This document shows, piece by piece, positions 50,079 to 61,684 of a stretch of DNA of 64,000 nucleotides. Each line of letters opens with the position of its first letter. Position 1 is the stretch's first letter. Location of the stretch: positions 73,632,713 to 73,696,712 of the forward strand of contig JASCQW010000061.1 of the NCBI GenBank assembly GCA_030264375.1, given 5' to 3'. Made by a program: the position numbers and the translations under genes. This DNA is from Carcharhinus longimanus (taxonomy: Eukaryota). Below the pieces are notes generated by a model that ran no database searches, was not told the DNA's origin, and saw nothing but the letters and a program-made list of their open reading frames with translations.

Positions 50079-51566
50079 TGTGTGCCAGGTTTTCTTTAAA
50101 GGAAGTAGGGATTGAAAGCCAAGGTAGGTTCTCTTTATGGTAAGTTTAATATTTTAGAAGGAAATAGTGACATACTGACAAGGTATGACAAGGTAGTGGG
50201 GAAATACCAATACTGCTATTTTCTCTTTCAGTACTTTCTATGTGACACCCTTCCAAACATTCTCTATTTCAGTGCAGTATGTTTTGCATGGAGCAGACCA
50301 AAGTGAGCGTTCCCAGTTCCCCTGACTTCCCTACGTGTTCCTCTGCTTATTTTCAACTTCACTGCCTGAACATGGATCTGGCAGAGCACCACCCTTCATG
50401 CAACCCACCAGATCTTAAAACCATTTAATTCATCTTTTTCCACCAAATATCCGCTCAGATTTCTTCAGAAGAGGGGCTTTCCCCCCAGCTGTCATTGAGC
50501 CATATCGCTCTAAAATTGCATTACAAAATTACAAACCTTTTTTACATTTATCCCAATTAAATGACTCATTGGCTGCTCGAGAACATTAAAAGATCATTAT
50601 TACAAATGTGTTGTAATTGACTGATAATTGTTTCATTCTCACAACTGAAATTGCATTCTCAGCAATCACAAGCATTAAAACTGCGCATTCCTACAATTTC
50701 ATTAGTGGATTGTAAATTACATTGGAAAACTGGCATTTCACCATTGTTTTTAAATGGGGGGGAAAATTAGCTCCAGATGGACTAAAAACAAGGGTGTAAA
50801 CAGTATGTCACAATAGCAACATAACAATGTCAGCAAGGAAATTACCATGGGTATGAATTCTGCTGTTGTATTTATCGTTGCAGCATTTTCTAGCCACCTT
50901 GGACGAACAGTTGCTGATTTGTGAGGAAGACACTGCCCGATTACCTTGTGTCTAAGTGAGGGGGTACGGGAGCCGGCAAACCTTGTGCTACCAGCTCATC
51001 TCCGTGACTGCAGCATGCAGTCCAGCACTAACAATGCTGCTGAGTGGCTGTGCACTGAGCAGAGACCACAGGTTCAGCTGAGTCTAATGTGAGTTAAAGC
51101 TCATCTGTAACTTCCTAGAGCCAGCCTTGCATCTCTTAAAAGAGAGGTGCATTCTGGCTGCAGTGTGTGTTGGAAATGTTTCCTCTAAGTCTTTTTCACA
51201 AGGAAGAAAGAGTATTTGATGGAGCTCCAGGCCAAAGTGAGGGTTTCCAGTTTCCCTGATGTCTGGAATGCTGGCGGACTAGGGGGTGGAAAGGAGGAGA
51301 GAGGTTCTGCTTCCACAGGAGGAAAAGGAGGCCCACCAGGCATAATACACTGTAAATGCATCGGTTCTTACCCCTAAGTGCTGACTACAGCACCACAAAA
51401 TGTTTATTGATCCGTAATAGGTGGTCAAGATGAGTGAATGTGCCTTCACAAGGCATCTCCTACCAACCATATAACTCACCTCACAAACAGCTAATGTATC
51501 ACAACCCCATTACTCAGCTACTAGAAGTCTGCAGCAATCAGAATTCATGCCTAACAATCATGTGGA

Positions 51567-51568
<2 letters not shown>

Positions 51569-51636
<68 letters not shown>

Positions 51637-51736
51637 NNNNNNNNNNNNNNNNNNNNNNNNNNNNNNNNNNNNNNNNNNNNNNNNNNNNNNNNNNNNNNNN
51701 NNNNNNNNNNNNNNNNNNNNNNNNNNNNNNNNNNNN

Positions 51737-51810
<74 letters not shown>
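51569..51810 (+). repeat. (CA)n microsatellite spanning a 100-N gap
   Basis: Pure AC runs on both sides of the gap. Confidence 0.97.
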
Positions 51811-51812
<2 letters not shown>

Positions 51813-52516
51813 GCTGCAAGCCTAACCCCCATATCTCACAACTTGTACACACTTCCAGATATTCAGCTACAACAGACATATTGCAGCCGACATACTGACA
51901 CTCTGTCCTTGTCCCTGCAGAATAAGATGGCATTTTAAGGAGGGTGCAGCAGATAACCAGCACAGGTGTGTCTTCTGAATTCCTTGAAGGAGATGATGCT
52001 TTGAATAATTGAATCTGCAGAGAGTGAGGTTGTTGCAACTGGCACCACCAGAAGTTTTCAGCATAAGGTGATATTTTTCTGCCTTGTTCACATTCTCAAA
52101 ACTGACTTCACCCTTACCAAAAAGCCTGGTGAGAAGTACAAGCTGCAGATGGTGCGACCATGGCCTCTTCCATTCCATTCATCACTCCCCCTCCATCTTC
52201 CATGACTTCAACCCTCCCACTCTACATTTGTGTTTTCAGATTCCAAAATCCTTCCTACTGGCCAGTCAGTGCAGCTTGAGGATGGTGGGCAAAAACAGGA
52301 GGACATTTGAAGAAGAAGCACAATCACTTGATTTGATATTTGTGGCCACCAGCTCCAGCACTGGCACGATGTGTACCTCAGAGGGTAATATAGAGGCAGA
52401 ATCAGCAAATGATGAGCTACCAGCCATGAGTGGGCTGCAGTAAGGCCAGTGGAGAATTATATAATGTATGCTTGCTGGAGGGCAAGGTCACAGCTCAATT
52501 CTGTTGCGGATGACTC

Positions 52517-52921
52517 GGGCGGCATGGTGGCACAGTGGTTAGCTCCGCTGCCTCACAGTGCCAGGGACTCAGGTTCGATTGCCAGCTTAGGTCACTGTGT
52601 GGAGTCTGCATGTTCTCCTCATGTCTATGTGGGTTTCCTCCGGTGCTCCAGTTTCTTTCCACAGTCCGAAAGACATGCTGGTTGGGTACATTGGCCATGC
52701 TAAAACCTCCCACAAGCACCAGAGTGTGGCGACTAGGGGATTTNNNNNNNNNNNNNNNNNNNNNNNNNNNNNNNNNNNNNNNNNNNNNNNNNNNNNNNNN
52801 NNNNNNNNNNNNNNNNNNNNNNNNNNNNNNNNNNNNNNNNNNNCCTCCCACAAGCACCAGAGTGTGGCGACTAGGGGATTTTCACGTAACTTCAAGCCTC
52901 CTTGTGACACTAATAAATAAA
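52517..52921 (+). mobile_element. V-SINE with alternative tail (gap inside)
   Basis: Head, V domain, GTGTGGCGACTAGGGGATTTTCAC..CTTGTGACACTAATAAATAA. Confidence 0.88.
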
Positions 52922-53623
52922 TATGTAAACTAAGACAGAAGATTTTACTGGGGTGCATGCATGAAAAGGCTGATTTTTGGCTCACAGAGTCAATTATCAC
53001 TGTTAAGGGACATGGAGGAGTTTGGCTTCCAACAAGATACACAGATCCATGCAAAACTTGAAACCCATCCTCTCTAGCTTGCAATTGCTGATCAATTCCA
53101 TGGACATAACTGTGGACCCAACAAGGAGCTGGTGGGTGATGCCTCAGCTTCTATTGTATTATAGGAAGAAACCCACTAACATCTGAGTGTGGCAGTGAAA
53201 GTTGCAACTGCACTGCACCCATGCAATTTGTGCGTGGTGCCATGGAAGTCCAATTGGTTGCCATGCCAGCTCAGTTGCTGTCATCATGGCTGCCAATACC
53301 AGTGCTCAAAGAGATATGCAGGCTTTCTCAGCAGTCTAGACTATCGCAGTGCTGCCCTGGGGGACTGGTCGGAGTTCCTTGCTGCAAGAACTTGCTGGCC
53401 TCTTAAGAATACAACATTTGTACTTCTGCCACTGGCAGTAAGCCAATGCTGATGCTGATGCATCTCAACGTGCTATTCATGCTAAGGTGCTGTAGTCCAA
53501 AGCTAGGTCCACAAGGCCCAAAGCTGCTCAAAGTCATCATTTACATCCTTCCCTCCTGAAATTCAGCACACTTCCATCTACCATGCTGCAGTAAGAGTGA
53601 TTGCACTGCAGAGGAAATACTAG

Positions 53624-53821
53624 TAAGAAGTCTCACAATGCCAGGTTAAAGTCCAACAGGTTTATTTGGTAGTTCTGATCACTCTCCACTCACCTGACGA
53701 AGAGGCAGAGCTCCAAAAGCTAGTGGTTTTTGCTACCAAATAAACCTGTTGGACTTTAACCTGGTGTTGTGAGACTTCTTGCTGTGTTTTCCCCAGTCCA
53801 ACGCCGGCATCTCCACATCAT
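53624..53821 (+). mobile_element. Short Penelope-derived insert: inverted arm + hammerhead-like motif + tail
   Basis: TSD GAGGAAATACTAG at 53611-53623 and 53822-53834; arm 53622-53672 pairs with 53733-53783; CAC-CTGACGA..GCTCC-AAAAGCTA-GTG at 53691-53725. Confidence 0.88.
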
Positions 53822-53879
53822 GAGGAAATACTAGGACAGGCAAAGACCCCTACAAAACATGCAGTAAAGACCATTTTAA

Positions 53880-55400
53880 TTGTCCTAAGATGATGGTTGT
53901 GAACCATCTTTATAAATGGTTGCTATTCATGTAATGTAGGTACTGATGCTGTTAGTGAGGGAATTCCAGGGTTTAGATCCAGTGACAGTGAAGCAAGAGC
54001 AATATAGTTTAATGTCAGGATGGGATGTGACTTGGGGGGGAACTTGCAGATGGAGATTTTGCCTTGTATCTGCTTGCTTTGTGCTTTTAAGTTATAGGTT
54101 TAGGAGGTGGTGTCAAAGAAGCTTTAACAGGTTGCTGGAGTGCATCTTGCAAATGGTCTCCACTGCTGCCACTGTGCATTGGTGGTGGAGGGAGTGAATT
54201 TTAAGATGCCAGATGAGTTGCTGATTAAGCAGGCTATTTTGTCCTAGATGATATTGAGCAGCTAGAGCACTGTTGGAATGGCACTCATCCAGGCAGCTGG
54301 GGAGTATCCATTACACTCCTGTCTTGTGACTTATAGATGATGGACGGAATGTGGGGAATCAGGAGATGAGTTACTGACCTATGAGTCCCCAGCCTCTGAA
54401 CTACTCTTGTAGCCACAGTATGCATATTGCAGGTCCAGTTAAGTTTCTTGTGCATGTTCGCCCCCAGGATGTTGAGAGTGGTGGATTCAGCAATGGTAAT
54501 ACCACTGAATGTCAATGTGGGAAGATTAGATTCTCCCCTGCTAGAGATGGCCAATGGCTGACTCTTGTGTGACATGAAAATTACTTGCTACTTCCAAGCC
54601 CTAGCCTGAATGTTGTCCAGGTCTTGTTGCACATAGACATGGAATGCTTCAGTTTCTGAGAAGTTGTGAATGATACTGAGCTTTGTGCAAGCATCAGAGA
54701 CAATCACCACCACCCCCCTGCCCTTCTGCCCTATGATGAAGGAAATGGCTATCAAAGATAAAGCAGTTGAGGATGGTTGGACCTCAGTCACCACCCTGTG
54801 GAACCTCTGCAGTGATGTCTTGAGGTGATTAACCCCCAAAATCCATAATCATCTTCATTTCTGCTGGGTAGTATTCCGATCAATTGAGCAGTTTCCCCGA
54901 TTCTGATTGACTCCAGTTTTGCAAGAGCTCTTTGATGCCACACTCACTCAAATACTGTCTTGATATCAAGAGCAGTCACCCTCACCTCTCTCTGGAAGTC
55001 CATGTTTGGAACAAGACTGCAATGAGGTCTGGAGCCAAGTGACCCTAGCGGAAACCAAACTGTGTGTCAGTAAATAAGTCACTGCTGAGCAAGAGTCACT
55101 TGATAGTCTGTTGGTGACACCTTCCATCATTTTGCTGGTGAGTAGACTGATGGGGCAGTAATTGACCAGGTTGGATTTGTCCAGCTTTTTCTGGACATAA
55201 TGTACCTGTGCAATTCTCTATATTTGCAGGCAGATGCTAGTATGGTGTCTGTACTGGAACGGCTTGGCTAGGAACACAATTGGTTCANNNNNNNNNNCAC
55301 AGCTGGGATGTTGTTGAGGTCCAAACTCTTTGTTGTATGTATCCTATGCATCCAGCCATTTCTGGACATTATTTGGAGCGAATTGAACTGGCTTGTATCT
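53880..55400 (-). mobile_element. Decayed CR1 ORF2 fragment
   Basis: VQQDLDNIQA, LNILG..KKLNWT, IIYKSQDRSVMD on -; same subtype as 57142-57755. Confidence 0.85.
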
Positions 55401-55469
55401 GAGATAGAACCTGAGTTGAAAGCTCAGGCAGATCATTCCTCCTCCTGGTGTATTTGCTGAAGAGCTTAT

Positions 55470-56080
55470 GACAAGAGCTTTTTCCTCATGATTGCCAGTT
55501 TGTGCACAGTACAACAGGCTACCATAAATTTGCATGCATACTCTATAAGTGTTGTTTGGCTCCCTCATGTCGGTCCAGGCAGTAGAACTATTGTTTGAGA
55601 ATGCCAATGATGTGCTCCGTGATGCACTTGTTCACTGTAAGGCTCTCCCTGTAGAAACACTGTTCATGGATCATCAGGTGGTGGAGCAAAGTCAAAACCA
55701 ATTCTATAATGGGAATCTGTTTCACAAAGCAGCCAGCCTCTGATTCATTGTGGCAGCTCACAATGCTGGAAATGACTGTTTGGCATGGGTAAAAGCATCC
55801 TGGCTACTGCCAGGATGACAGGCACTCACCATCATGGTACTAGATGCATTATCTCACACCAATTGCACATTGAGGACATGGAGCCATTTATGGTGCTGGA
55901 ATATCTCCCCATTTGGATCTGAGGCTTGCAGAGCAAAGTGTCTGCAATCACTGCCCATTGAGTATTCTGCTGCCCTGCCCATTCCCCATGCTTATCTCTG
56001 CTTGAACAGAAAGCAACAGGACTTTGGTGACCTCAGTGCAATGATAAACTAATGAACAGATACTGGGGATACTGCTGACT
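55470..56080 (-). pseudogene. Decayed Harbinger (HARBI1-like) transposase
   Basis: SDCRHFALQASDPNGEIFQHHKWLHVLNVQLV..HPGSSQDAF..ITEHIIGILKQ.FYCLDR. Confidence 0.85.
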
Positions 56081-56321
56081 TGAGGTTGAAAGAATTTTGA
56101 AGCATGGAATTTGACTTGATAGCCACTAGCTTCATCATCTTGGTCCTGCTCTGCAGGTGCTGGTGGAGGTGGCATGTTCAATGGCCATCTCCTTGGTAAA
56201 TTGTAGATGCCTCAGACTCTTGCCTTGGCTAAGGTAAAGATAGATGAAGTGTTTTCTGAAGACTTTTGGTGTATATGGCATTTATTGAAAGAACCTCCTC
56301 CTTCTCTCTTTGCATGTAGCA

Positions 56322-56627
56322 TGCAGTAGGGTGGCACAGTGATTAGCACTGCTGCTTCATAGTGCTGGGGACCCGAGTTCGATTCCTGCCTGACTGCCTG
56401 TGCAGAGTCTACACGTTCTCGTCGTGTCTACGTGAGTTTTCTCCAGATGCTCTGGTTTCCTCCCACAGTCCGAAAGACGTACTGGTTTGGTGCATTGGCC
56501 ATGCTAAACTCTCCCTCGGTGTGTTGAAAAGGGACAGGAGTGTGGTGACTAGGGGATTTTCACAGTAATTTCATTGCTGTGTTAATATAAACCTACTTAT
56601 GACACTAATGAATAAACACTAAACTTT
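56322..56627 (+). mobile_element. V-SINE with alternative tail
   Basis: Head, V domain, GGGGATTTTCACAGTAATTTCATTGCTGTGTTAAT..CCTACTTATGACACTAATGAATAAAC. Confidence 0.88.
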
Positions 56628-56861
56628 AATTTCTCCTCTGTGCAGCCTGTGTTCCATATCTCTGTTGTGCTACAGCCCAGGAGCTCATGTAGCTCCAAAA
56701 CTTCCTGTGCTACTAAGCCCAATTTTGCAGCCATCTTGTGGAAGTAATAACAACCATTATAATTTAGCAAATATATCAATCTTATTAGAGATGAAAAATA
56801 AGAATAGCATTCGTACAGAGCAGATGCCATCATGCCATAATGTGGAAAAACTATTAAAAAT

Positions 56862-57041
56862 AAAACAACATTTAACCAGTGTCTTACAAATCCTCACTTT
56901 GCAGCCAATTAATCATTTTTCAAGTGTAGTCAGAGCTGTGTAGTTAAGTGTAGTTAAACAAAGCAATTATTTTGTACAGAGTGAGGTTCTACTAACAGCA
57001 GTGGGAAAAAATGACCAGATTTGCTTCAAAATGGTTAGTTG
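56862..57041 (-). mobile_element. DeuSINE 3' fragment
   Basis: CAGCCAAT..AAGTGTAGTCA..AACAGCAGTG..AATGACCAGAT similar to 4213-4556. Confidence 0.55.
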
Positions 57042-57141
57042 NNNNNNNNNNNNNNNNNNNNNNNNNNNNNNNNNNNNNNNNNNNNNNNNNNNNNNNNNNN
57101 NNNNNNNNNNNNNNNNNNNNNNNNNNNNNNNNNNNNNNNNN

Positions 57142-57755
57142 GTTAACAGTGGCTGCAAGAGCAGGCCAGAGGCTAGGAATACTGCGACGAGTAATCACCT
57201 CCTAACTCCCCGAAGCCTGTCCACCATTTACAAGGCAAAAGTCAGGAGTGTGATGGAATACTCCCCACTTGGCTGGGTGGGTGCAGCTCCAACAGCACTT
57301 AAGAAGCTTGACACCTTCCAGGACAAAGCAGCCCACTTGATTGGCACCACATCCACAAACATTCACTCTCTCCACCACTCAGTAGCAGCAGTGTGTACTA
57401 TATACAAGATCCACTGCAGCAGTCCGCCAAAGATCCTTCGACAGCACCTTTTAAACCCATGACCAATTCCATCCAGAAGGTCAAGGGCAGCAGAAACAAG
57501 GGAACACCACCATTTGCAAGTTCCTCTCCCAGCCACTCACCATCCTGACTTGGGAATATATCACCATTCCTTTGCAGTCACTTGGTCAGAATCCTAGAAT
57601 TCTCTCCCTAATGGCATTGTGGGTCAACCCACAGCATGTGAACAGCAGCATTTCAAGTAGGCAATTCACTACCACCTTTTCAAGGGCAACTAGGGATGGG
57701 CAATAAATTCTGGCTAACTACTGACACCCATGTCCCACAAATGAATCAAATAAAC
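57142..57755 (+). mobile_element. CR1 3' end
   Basis: TIYKAKVRSVMEYSPLGWVGAAPTALKKLDTFQDKAAHLIG; tail CAAGGGCAACTAGGGATGGGCAATAAAT. Confidence 0.92.
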
Positions 57756-58365
57756 TTATCAAAATACAAATTGTCCCTGTCTTTCATTCCAATTTAACCC
57801 ATCTCCTTCATTTATGTGTCTCTTTTGTCCTCTTCCCTCTCTTACTTTTCTGTTTTTACCCTCTCCTGATGTCTTTGCAATGTTGGCCATGAGCAACAAC
57901 TTGCATTCATTATAGAGAGGGAACAACCTCTGGATTTGGGCTATTCACCAGCAGTTGGCTCCAGGCTCCAAGCCGGTCTATCCTCTTTCTCATGACACCC
58001 CCAGTGAGAAAGAGAGATAAGTGAGTTGAGGTGAGCTGTAACTGCAAATCACTCACCTCTGAAAAATAACTGCCAATAGAAACAGCTGATCTTCCAGCGG
58101 GGCAGTAAGAGGGAAACAGTGATTGTGCTGACAGATTCCCCAGCAGGGTACAGAGTTGAAATGTGTTAGTGCAAGGGGAGAGCAGCACTGTTGGGAACAT
58201 GGGTGGATGAAAATCTGATGTGTTCCGACTAAGAAAACCAACAACTCTATGCTTTCTTAAAACTCCCTCAATGTCACTGAAAGATCAGCTGCCTTAAGTG
58301 GAAGGTGAGATCAAAAGATGGAGCACTGCAGGCTGGCTCGTAGCCGGACAGACAGTTTGGAAATA

Positions 58366-59070
58366 AATTTGATTTGATTGGATTTATTATTGTCAGAGGT
58401 ATTGGGATACAGTGAAAAATATTGTTTTTTGTGTGCAATACAGACAAAACTTACCGTTCACAAAATACATAGAGAGAAGGAAAGGATAGACTGCAGAATA
58501 CAGTGTTGCAGTTACATATAGGATGAAGAGAAAGTTCAACTTAATGTATGATAGGACCATTCAAAAGTCTGATGGCAGCAGGGAAGAAGATGGAAGAGAA
58601 TAGGAATGGGATTTTACGGCCTCCGGAAGTGAGACCAGAAATTCCTGCACGAGGTCAACATTTCCATTGTCCATCCCTCGTCCGCTCCAATTCCATGGTG
58701 GGTGAGGAAATAGAATTCTAGTGTATAGGGTGCATGGAGTCCTTGATTATGCTGGCTGCTTTTCCAAGGCAGCAGGATGTGTAGACAGAGTCAATGGATG
58801 GGAGGTTGGCTTGCGTGATGGGCTGGGCTACCTTCACAAGCCTTTGTATTTTGTTGCGATTTTGGTCTGACCAGGAACCACACCAAGCTATGATACATCC
58901 AGAAAGGATGCTTTCTATGATGCATCTGTAAAAATTGGTAAGAATCGTAGTGAACATGCCAAATTTCCTTAGCCTTCTGAGAAAATAGAGGCATTTGTGA
59001 GCTTTTTTAACTATAACATCAGTGTGGAAGGACCAAGGCAGGTTTTTGATGATCTGAACACCTAGAAGCT
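58366..59070 (-). mobile_element. Rex1/Babar LINE 3' end, copy 2
   Basis: ORF 58718-58957 LTNFYRCIIESILSGCIIAWCGS..KIQRLVKVAQPITQANLPSID..KAASIIKD; (ATTTG)n-like tail. Confidence 0.92.
58603..58723 (-). mobile_element. ~125-bp Harbinger-type MITE inside Rex copy 2
   Basis: Reverse complement aligns by eye to 41432-41556 (GAATTCTAT..GGAAT..GAGCGG..TTGACCTC..GGAATTT..GTCTCACTT..AAAATC). Confidence 0.78.
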
Positions 59071-60314
59071 TTCACTTATAGAAGCTTTTACTTGAAGGTG
59101 GGAAATATTTGGGACAGAATGTTGAGGGAGGTAATGGAGGTGAATAGTGCTCGCAATGTCAGCATTGAATGCCACTGATATTTTTGAACTTTGAGACTAG
59201 CCAACTAGATCATAGTGTTTTTATTTAGTGGTGCTGTACTGACCTCTGCCCCAGTAAGTGATGGGAGTTAGCGATTTAGAAGGCCTCGGAAGTGTACAAA
59301 ACAGACTGAACATTTGACCCAACGTCTTCTGAAGCTGGAATGAAATTTAAATGAAAACAAAATCCAAGTTGTGAAAATTTGGATGAATTGTGGACCATAG
59401 TATTTGGTTGATTTGGATCTTTCTTGTTCACTTCATCTTATTCATTTTTTCACATATTGAAAGATTGGAGATGTGTACTTGAGTGTGTTTGGATTTACTG
59501 TATATGGAGACCAGAGTTAACCCTCTGTATGAGTAGACTGGGTGGTGTTTCTCAACCAGGAAGTGTGGAATCCATCAACCATTGACACCGAAAGGACTCT
59601 AATCTTATAAAATTGGCGCTTACGTAGACTGGTGATTTAAACAGGCGAGGAAGGCAGTTTGGAACATTTTGAATTCAAAAGGACAGAAAGAACTGAAACC
59701 TTGACTGAGCAAAAGGGACAGGAAGTGAAACAACTTTAATGGTTGAAGTAAAAGTGCAAAGATTTCAGCTGAATGGGTGGAAATTTCATCTTGGGAAAGA
59801 TTTAGCTTGATAAGAAAGGAAGTTAAAAAAAGGAAAGAGGAAAGGACAAACATTTCCAATCAATGAGAGGGACCAAAAACGTACAAAAAGACATGCAGCA
59901 GCAGTGAGCATGGATAGAGCTTGAAGCCAACTAATTTATTAAATAAAATCTTATTCTGAGTTTCAAAGTGAGAGATGATAAAGATAGTTTTTGCCTAGCA
60001 TGGCATGAAACTCTGGTTTACATGGGTTGGTGTGGCAGCAGCCAAGGCGTCAGTGAGGACAGAGTACTGAGTGCTGTGCCTGACTTTTTGTGGGTGCTAC
60101 TGTCTCATTCCCAATGAAGATAAGATTAAAATTATCCCTGTGATCTCACTCGGCAGAAAAGCTGTCACGTTTTCTTATTTTAACCTTGGTGTTGGCATTG
60201 ATTACAATATTGTGCAACATGTTATTCTCAGGATTAATGATTTATTGCCTAAAATAAACAGGTAGAACATTATGAAGAAGATCTTGAATTTAGATAGCTG
60301 TGCCCTTTTAAGGT

Positions 60315-60656
60315 TCACAGAATCCCTACAGTACAGAAGAAGGCCATTTGGCCTATCAAGCCTGTACCACCTTTTCCACAGAGCATCTTACCCATGCCCA
60401 CACCCAAACTATCCCCAAAACCCCATGCATTTACTCAATTAATCCACCCAACCAACACATCTTGGGAGACTAAGGGGCAATTTAAATGACCAGTCCACCT
60501 AATCTACACATTTTGGGACTGTGGAGTAACCTGGAGCACCCAGAGGAAATTCACAGAGACAGGGGGAAAACACGCAAATTCCACACAGATGTCACCCAAG
60601 ACCGGAATCAAACCCGGGTCCCTGGTGATGTGAGAAAGTAGTGCTAACCATTGTGA
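60315..60656 (-). mobile_element. HE1 V-SINE
   Basis: Tail, V domain and head up to the gap. Confidence 0.9.
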
Positions 60657-60686
60657 NNNNNNNNNNNNNNNNNNNNNNNNNNNNNN

Positions 60687-61000
60687 GAAGGTCATGCAGA
60701 AAGAGGCCATTCGGCCCATCAAGGCTGCACCAACTTCTTAACCCGACCCACCCTGCGTCCTATCCCCATAGCCCCATGCATTTTACCTCGCTAATCCCCT
60801 AATCTACACACTAAGGAGCAATTTACCATGGCAAATCCACCAAACCCCTTTGCAGTATGGGAGGAAACCAAAGCACCCAGAGGAAACCCACTCAGACACA
60901 GGGAGAATGTGCAAACTCCACACAGACAGTCACCCAAAGTTAGAGTCGAACTCGGATCCCTGGCACTATGAGGCATCAGTGCTAACCATTGTGCCACCTC
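60687..61000 (-). mobile_element. HE1 V-SINE
   Basis: Tail, V domain and head GCTAACCATTGTGCCACC. Confidence 0.9.
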
Positions 61001-61191
61001 TATCAGTCCAGTGACGGAAGTATGAGCACTATGCCTCATGTATGTCAGAGGCTCCCTTGTGTATCAGTACTCAGCCACTCAGTTTCTTGGATCTGCACTC
61101 CTGCCTCACCTTCTATGATGAAGCGACCTCCGTGCTGCTCTTCCAATCCCAAACCCCTCCTTGTTTAAAAGGATTAGGATGACCAAGTAGA

Positions 61192-61493
61192 ACGGCATGA
61201 TGGCATAATGGTTAGCACTGCTGCTCACAGCGCCAGGGACCCGGGCTTGACTCCAGTCTCAGGTTTGTGGAGTTTTCATATTATATCTGTGTCTGAGTAG
61301 TTTTTCTCTGGGTGCTCCAGTTTCCTCCTCTAGTCTATAGATGTGTGGGTTAGGTTGATTGGCCATGCTAAATTGCCTCTTACTGTCGGGGGACTAGCAT
61401 GGTAAATATATGGGGAAAGGGCCTGGGTGGGATTGTTGTCAGTGCAGGTTCGATAGGCCAAATGGCCTCCTTCCACACTGTGGGGATTCTATG
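61192..61493 (+). mobile_element. HE1 V-SINE
   Basis: GGCATAATGGTTAGCACTGCTGC head; GGGATTCTATG tail. Confidence 0.9.
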
Positions 61494-61684
61494 TAGTCCT
61501 TCGTCCATCTTGACCTGTTCGTTAAAACTATGGTCTGTCTTTTCCATGCCTCTCACTGAAATATAGCAATGCCAAAGACAGGATATGCTACTACCTGACC
61601 TCTTTGCCACTGACTTGGTAGATGCTCCCTCTCCACCAAACCCACCCTCTGATATTTCCACTTGCAAAGGTAAAGAATTATGAA

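Larger units (their letters stand above)
50756..56640. mobile_element. PIF/Harbinger remnant 5 with several nested insertions
   Basis: Myb/SANT exon on + ~51219-51432 (MELQAKVRVSSFPD..VERRREVLLPQ..HKMFID), later exons to ~53560; convergent transposase on -; ends approximate. Confidence 0.7.

Noticed and set aside
51434-52038. HT/CV-repeat ORFs
   Set aside because: Translations of the (CA)n microsatellite and gap.
52706-52881. Direct repeat on both sides of a 100-N gap (also 29006-29139)
   Set aside because: Typical unmerged contig overlap, not a biological tandem repeat.
59360-59460. Imperfect inverted repeat
   Set aside because: AT-rich with many mismatches; cannot be distinguished from chance or a very old MITE.
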